Shown here piece after piece: positions 59,992-64,000 of a stretch of 64,000 nt of DNA. A program made the position numbers and the translations under genes. Origin of the DNA: a bacterium (GTDB taxonomy: Bacteria > Patescibacteriota > Dojkabacteria > SC72); NCBI GenBank assembly GCA_021107795.1, contig JAIOSB010000027.1:290-64289 (forward strand), in the 5' to 3' direction. The notes beneath the pieces were generated by a model. That model was not told where the DNA came from. It searched no databases and worked only from the letters and a program-made list of their open reading frames with translations. How positions within the stretch are numbered: the first letter of the stretch is position 1; each line of letters begins with the position of its first letter.

Positions 59992-61806
59992 TCACTTTTT
60001 CTTTTTTGTTCTAGTGCCTTTGTAGGTTCTACCTCTCTTCTTAAGAAGCTCTTTCCACGGGCCGGATTCAACCATATGGCCATTCTCGAAGTAGTATACT
60101 CTATCGAATTTCTCTAAATCTTCTGTACTTCTTGTAATGTATATTAGGATTCTCTTTTTCCCAACAAAATCGATTACACCATTAATTATCTTTGACTTTG
60201 ACTTACTATCAATGAATGTAAATGGCTCATCCATGATGAATATCTCTTTATTCCTATACAACATTCTTGCAATCGCTATCCTTTGCCAATATCCAGGAGA
60301 GAGTTCAAGACCCTCTGAGAAATATCTACCTAAAGTTCTTTTATCTTCTATTCCATCTTTTTTCATTAGCTTATCTAGATTTGTAATCTTGAGAACTTTC
60401 TCATAAAGACCCCTGTCTACATTCTTCCTATCAAGTCCAATGGTAATGTTCTTTTCCAAAGAGAAGTTGTAGTTGATGAAGTTTTGGAAGACAACAGAAA
60501 TGTGTTTCTTAAGTTCTCCTCTCTTAAGCTCCCTAATGGAATATCCACTGATGACGTAGTCCCCTATTAAAATCTCGTACATTCCTGTTAGTAATTTAAC
60601 TAGACTACTTTTCCCTGAACTATCTCCACCTAAGAATGCAACTTTCTCTCCGGAGTTAATTTCAAGGTTAATGTTTTCTAAAATCTTTCTTCCTGGTTGA
60701 TCTGGGTATGCGAAGTCTAAATCATCAAATTTAAGGGTAAGTGATTTTTCTGGTAATTTTTCTGTCCCATATTTAATATCTCCAAATCCTTTCCACTGTA
60801 CTAGTTCGAAAAATCTTGATGCGTATGAAAGCCTATCTGAAAGAAGTGCTACCGTGTTGAATATATTGAATGCACTGTTGTATGCAACCGTAGTGTAGTT
60901 GAAGAGTGCTGAGAAAGTACCTATGGTAAGTCTCTTAACCAATGCATATCCTATGACATATATTATATATCCATATTTAAGTACCTGACCAAATACTGAT
61001 GTCGCTATCGTATCAATGTAGAGATGTTTTCTTCTCTCGAAGAGTCCTCTCTGATATTCATTATCTTCATTCCTTAATGTATTCTTGATATGCCTGAATG
61101 TATTATCCACTCTTAATTCACTAAAGAAGGTATTGTCCCTTGCCAATTTTGAAAGGTAGTTCACAATTTTGAGCCTTCCTACTTCTTCTGCGTTGTATGT
61201 TCTAATCTTTTTCCTCTGAATATATCCCATTATTACCTCAGGTAATACAAAGATTCCAAGAAAGAGGATTGAGAATCGCATATCTATGAACATGATGGTA
61301 AGTGCAGTAATCATCCTTATCCCCTGTGATACGATATTCGAGAATGCTTGATATGAGAGAATCATATTTTCAATTGAGTATTCTGGTACATATGCAACAA
61401 GGTCTTGGAATTTTGGATCCATTATATCCTGCAAATTCGATTTGGATATCTTGTTAACCATTTCTAGATTACAGTCAGACCATACTTCGTCATTCATGTT
61501 TGTGTAAAGATTGGCTCTAATCTTGTTCCCAATATTTACCACTATCCAAAGTAGCAGAATCATCATGAGGAAGAAGAAAGCGTCTGTGAGTATGAATTCT
61601 CGTATATCGAACTTCTCCACTCCTACTTCTAGTAGTACCGACATGCTATCCAGAAAGCTACCCATCACCTTAATGTTGTACATTTCAGCAACAGTAATTG
61701 CTAAAAAGAGAATATCTCTTAGTACTACCCAAAGGGTATATCTTCCGTAGAAGAATCTTACTACTTCTTTTAGTGTTTTTAGTTTCTCCTTGATACGCTT
61801 GTTCAT
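59992..61806 (-). CDS. ABC exporter (TMD + degenerate NBD)
   Basis: N-terminal TM domain; GGDSSGKS, LSPGYWQR, IFIMDEP, ITRST. Start ATG 61806. Confidence 0.88.
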   Translation of the reverse strand: MNKRIKEKLKTLKEVVRFFYGRYTLWVVLRDILFLAITVAEMYNIKVMGSFLDSMSVLLEVGVEKFDIREFILTDAFFFLMMILLLWIVVNIGNKIRANLYTNMNDEVWSDCNLEMVNKISKSNLQDIMDPKFQDLVAYVPEYSIENMILSYQAFSNIVSQGIRMITALTIMFIDMRFSILFLGIFVLPEVIMGYIQRKKIRTYNAEEVGRLKIVNYLSKLARDNTFFSELRVDNTFRHIKNTLRNEDNEYQRGLFERRKHLYIDTIATSVFGQVLKYGYIIYVIGYALVKRLTIGTFSALFNYTTVAYNSAFNIFNTVALLSDRLSYASRFFELVQWKGFGDIKYGTEKLPEKSLTLKFDDLDFAYPDQPGRKILENINLEINSGEKVAFLGGDSSGKSSLVKLLTGMYEILIGDYVISGYSIRELKRGELKKHISVVFQNFINYNFSLEKNITIGLDRKNVDRGLYEKVLKITNLDKLMKKDGIEDKRTLGRYFSEGLELSPGYWQRIAIARMLYRNKEIFIMDEPFTFIDSKSKSKIINGVIDFVGKKRILIYITRSTEDLEKFDRVYYFENGHMVESGPWKELLKKRGRTYKGTRTKKKK

Positions 61807-61846
61807 GTTAATATACAATATCATTTTAATTCATTCTAATCTAGAA

Positions 61847-62302
61847 GTGAGGGACAATATTTATCTTCAAAACTTGTTGTATGATGTCTGGGATGAGTAT
61901 TTTAGTGATGTACCAAGGAAAAACTTCGTACTTGCTAAATTCGGTAAGTATTCAAAAAGACAGCTTGGGTGTATTAAATATGCAAGGGAGAGAACAAAGG
62001 TGAAGGCTTTGTTAAAGAAGTATGAGGATGATATATTGAGGCAGGATGTGCAAAGTGTTTCCATTGTTGTCCTTACAAGGCATTTTCAGAGTGATTTAGT
62101 TCCAGAATATTTATTAATTTCAACAATTGCTCATGAGTTGTGTCATTACACTCATGGTTTTAATTCACCTCTTAAGAGACTTTACAAATATCCACATCAG
62201 GGAGGTATTGTAAAAAGAGAGATGGTAGAGAGAGGTTTGGGCGGTATTTTAAAGCAAAGTGAGGTGTGGTTGAAGGAGAATTGGGTAGGGATTGTTGCAT
62301 AG
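61847..62302 (+). CDS. SprT-like zinc metallopeptidase
   Basis: TIAHELCHY..PHQGG (HExxH + distal His). Start GTG 61847 likely. Confidence 0.78.
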   Translation: MRDNIYLQNLLYDVWDEYFSDVPRKNFVLAKFGKYSKRQLGCIKYARERTKVKALLKKYEDDILRQDVQSVSIVVLTRHFQSDLVPEYLLISTIAHELCHYTHGFNSPLKRLYKYPHQGGIVKREMVERGLGGILKQSEVWLKENWVGIVA

Positions 62303-62376
62303 AGTGATTGTTATTCTATTTTTATGACATCTACATCTATATATCCTTTCGTGAATATTCTTTACAATTCATATAT

Positions 62377-62901
62377 ATGGAATATCATGATATAGGGGAG
62401 AATATACGGAAGTATAGGAAGAGGTTGAAATTAACTCAGGATGAGTTAGCAGATAGGGTGGGTATTACTTGGGAGATGATTTCAAGGTATGAGAGGGGTG
62501 AGAGTTCTCCTATGAATCAGCTTGATAAATTGGCTAAGTCTCTTGGTGTTTCTGCTGGTGATCTTGTGGATAGTGATAGTGTTAATGTTTATCAGATTCC
62601 TTTGTTTACATCAATTCCGAAGGATTTTATTTTTAAGAAAGAGTGTACTTTAACTTACTACAATTGTCCTACATGGGTTACTAAGTTAGATCATGAGAGT
62701 TTTGTAGTTGATATGGGTATTGTAGAGTCTAGTAGTTTGTTGTGTTCTTCAAATGGTTTTTTGTTTGTAAGTCCTAATTGTAAGTTGAGTGTTAATGATA
62801 TTGTTTTAGTAAGTAAAGATAGGAAGTTAAGGATAGAGAGTTATAACAAGAGAGAGAATCATGTTATTGGAAAGGTTGTTATGCAGGAGGTGGGGTATTA
62901 G
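62377..62901 (+). CDS. XRE-family HTH regulator with degenerate S24-like C-terminal domain
   Basis: IGENIRKYRKRLKLTQDELADRVGITWEMISRYERG; C-terminal IPLF...NDIVLV...VIGKVV. Start ATG 62377. Confidence 0.85.
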   Translation: MEYHDIGENIRKYRKRLKLTQDELADRVGITWEMISRYERGESSPMNQLDKLAKSLGVSAGDLVDSDSVNVYQIPLFTSIPKDFIFKKECTLTYYNCPTWVTKLDHESFVVDMGIVESSSLLCSSNGFLFVSPNCKLSVNDIVLVSKDRKLRIESYNKRENHVIGKVVMQEVGY

Positions 62902-62907
62902 GGGTTA

Positions 62908-62943
62908 AGGGGAATTAAAAGGGCAACGTTCCCCTGAGTTTTT
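62908..62943 (+). terminator. Putative terminator between convergent genes
   Basis: AGGGGAA (62908-14) / TTCCCCT (62929-35), then TTTTT. The loop is long. Confidence 0.4.
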
Positions 62944-62952
62944 AAAAAACAA

Positions 62953-63294
62953 TTATTCCACTAGTTTAAATTGCTTAGGCGACCATTTTGGTGAATTAAC
63001 TAAAACAAGTTTAAGTTGTTTTCCCTCAGACCAATACTTCTCACCTTTTCTAAAATGGTAAAGGTCGCCTTCTTCGATATTGAAATCGCCAAATTCTGAA
63101 TGAATGGCTCCAGAACCACTTAAAACATAATAGATTTCCTCACAGCCTGTATTTGCAACCCTTCCTTTATCTGGGAATCTTCCATCAATATATGCTGTTG
63201 CAAAACTTAGATTTTCACTTTGAGAAGCATACTCCCAAACAGAACACTGTTCGGAATTTGTCTTCTTTTTTGCTTGCGACTTTTTAATTAACAT
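62953..63294 (-). CDS. Cupin-domain protein
   Basis: EEIYYVLSGSG..IEEGDLYHF..SPKW. Confidence 0.85.
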   Translation of the reverse strand: MLIKKSQAKKKTNSEQCSVWEYASQSENLSFATAYIDGRFPDKGRVANTGCEEIYYVLSGSGAIHSEFGDFNIEEGDLYHFRKGEKYWSEGKQLKLVLVNSPKWSPKQFKLVE

Positions 63295-63354
63295 AATTTA
63301 ACTTGATCTAATCTACTTCAAATTAAGTATCTGTAATATTTATACAAGTTTCGA

Positions 63355-64000
63355 CTACATCATCCCTGGCATACCACTACCCATTCCTGTATTCATAGGC
63401 ATAGCAGGTTCATCTGTCTTTATCTCTGCTACTACAGCCTCTGTGGTTATAAGCATGGTACCAACTGATGCTCCATTTACTAAAGCTAATCTTGTTACTT
63501 TAACAGGGTCTATAATACCTTCCTTAATCATATCTACATATTCCCCTGTCTTAGCATTGTAACCAGTATTCTTCGAACAATTAGATGCAATTACTGCACC
63601 ATCCTGTCCTGCATTATCTGCAATCTGTTTGAGAGGTTCGCTTAGTACTCCCCTTAATATTTCAATACCAAGTTGCTCATCAACATCTTCTAGCTCAATA
63701 TCATCTAATGCACTCTTCACATTATGAAGTGCTAAACCACCACCAGCTACAACACCCTCTTCTATAGCGGCTCTAGTTGCATTGATAGCATCCTCTACTC
63801 TTTGCTTCTTCTCCTTAGCCTCTATCTCAGAAGCTGCACCAACCTTTATTACAGCTACTCCACCTGAAAGCTTAGCAAGTCTTTCCTGCAATTTCTCCTT
63901 GTCGTAATCTGATGTAGACTTTTTAATATGACTCTTAATCTCAGAAACCCTATCCTTCAAATTCTTCCCAATACCACTACCTTCTACAATGATAGTTTCC
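63355..64000 (-). CDS. groL: Chaperonin GroEL, C-terminal part (5' end outside the window)
   Basis: [48 protein letters not shown]-rich tail. Confidence 0.98.
   Translation of the reverse strand, partial: ETIIVEGSGIGKNLKDRVSEIKSHIKKSTSDYDKEKLQERLAKLSGGVAVIKVGAASEIEAKEKKQRVEDAINATRAAIEEGVVAGGGLALHNVKSALDDIELEDVDEQLGIEILRGVLSEPLKQIADNAGQDGAVIASNCSKNTGYNAKTGEYVDMIKEGIIDPVKVTRLALVNGASVGTMLITTEAVVAEIKTDEPAMPMNTGMGSGMPGMM

Noticed and set aside
1-64000. Alternative genetic code, tRNA/rRNA genes, CRISPR array, DGR
   Set aside because: TGA terminates dnaJ, PrgI and the ABC gene at expected lengths. I saw no cloverleaf, repeat-spacer array, reverse transcriptase or TR/VR pair by eye; tRNAscan-SE and a self-dot-plot would confirm.

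Overview
A 64-kb, low-GC, gene-dense chromosomal segment from a small-genome bacterium, most consistent with Patescibacteria/CPR (Ca. Dojkabacteria/WS6- or Microgenomates-like; inferred from gene content: short IF2 and AlaRS, PrgI/VirB4 module, protease-less Lon-like ATPase, sortase, LCP, many FN3/Ig surface proteins). TGA acts as a stop (code 11). It carries housekeeping genes (tuf, fusA, pcrA, rsmE, pnp, rpsO, infB, nusA, dnaJ, alaS, ruvX/yqgF, mltG, holA, rpsT, lepA, recF, sufS, glyA, folD, groL), envelope/surface genes, a split T4SS-like set (VirB6-like and M23 at 11-15 kb; PrgI and VirB4 at 50-54 kb) and a few small accessory inserts. I saw no rRNA, tRNA, CRISPR array, transposase or integrase. 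Best leads: (1) a NYN/LabA (PIN-fold) nuclease gene whose stop codon abuts a ~55-nt structured element with its own convergent, near-consensus sigma70 promoter, a candidate nuclease + small-RNA module; (2) EF-Tu (NKFP) and EF-G (NKIN) both lack the guanine-specifying G4 Asp, while IF2 and LepA keep it; (3) a kb-scale sawtooth in third-codon-position G/T versus A/C skew that flips at convergent gene junctions; (4) many apparently leaderless genes. All family calls come from motif recognition by eye, not database searches.
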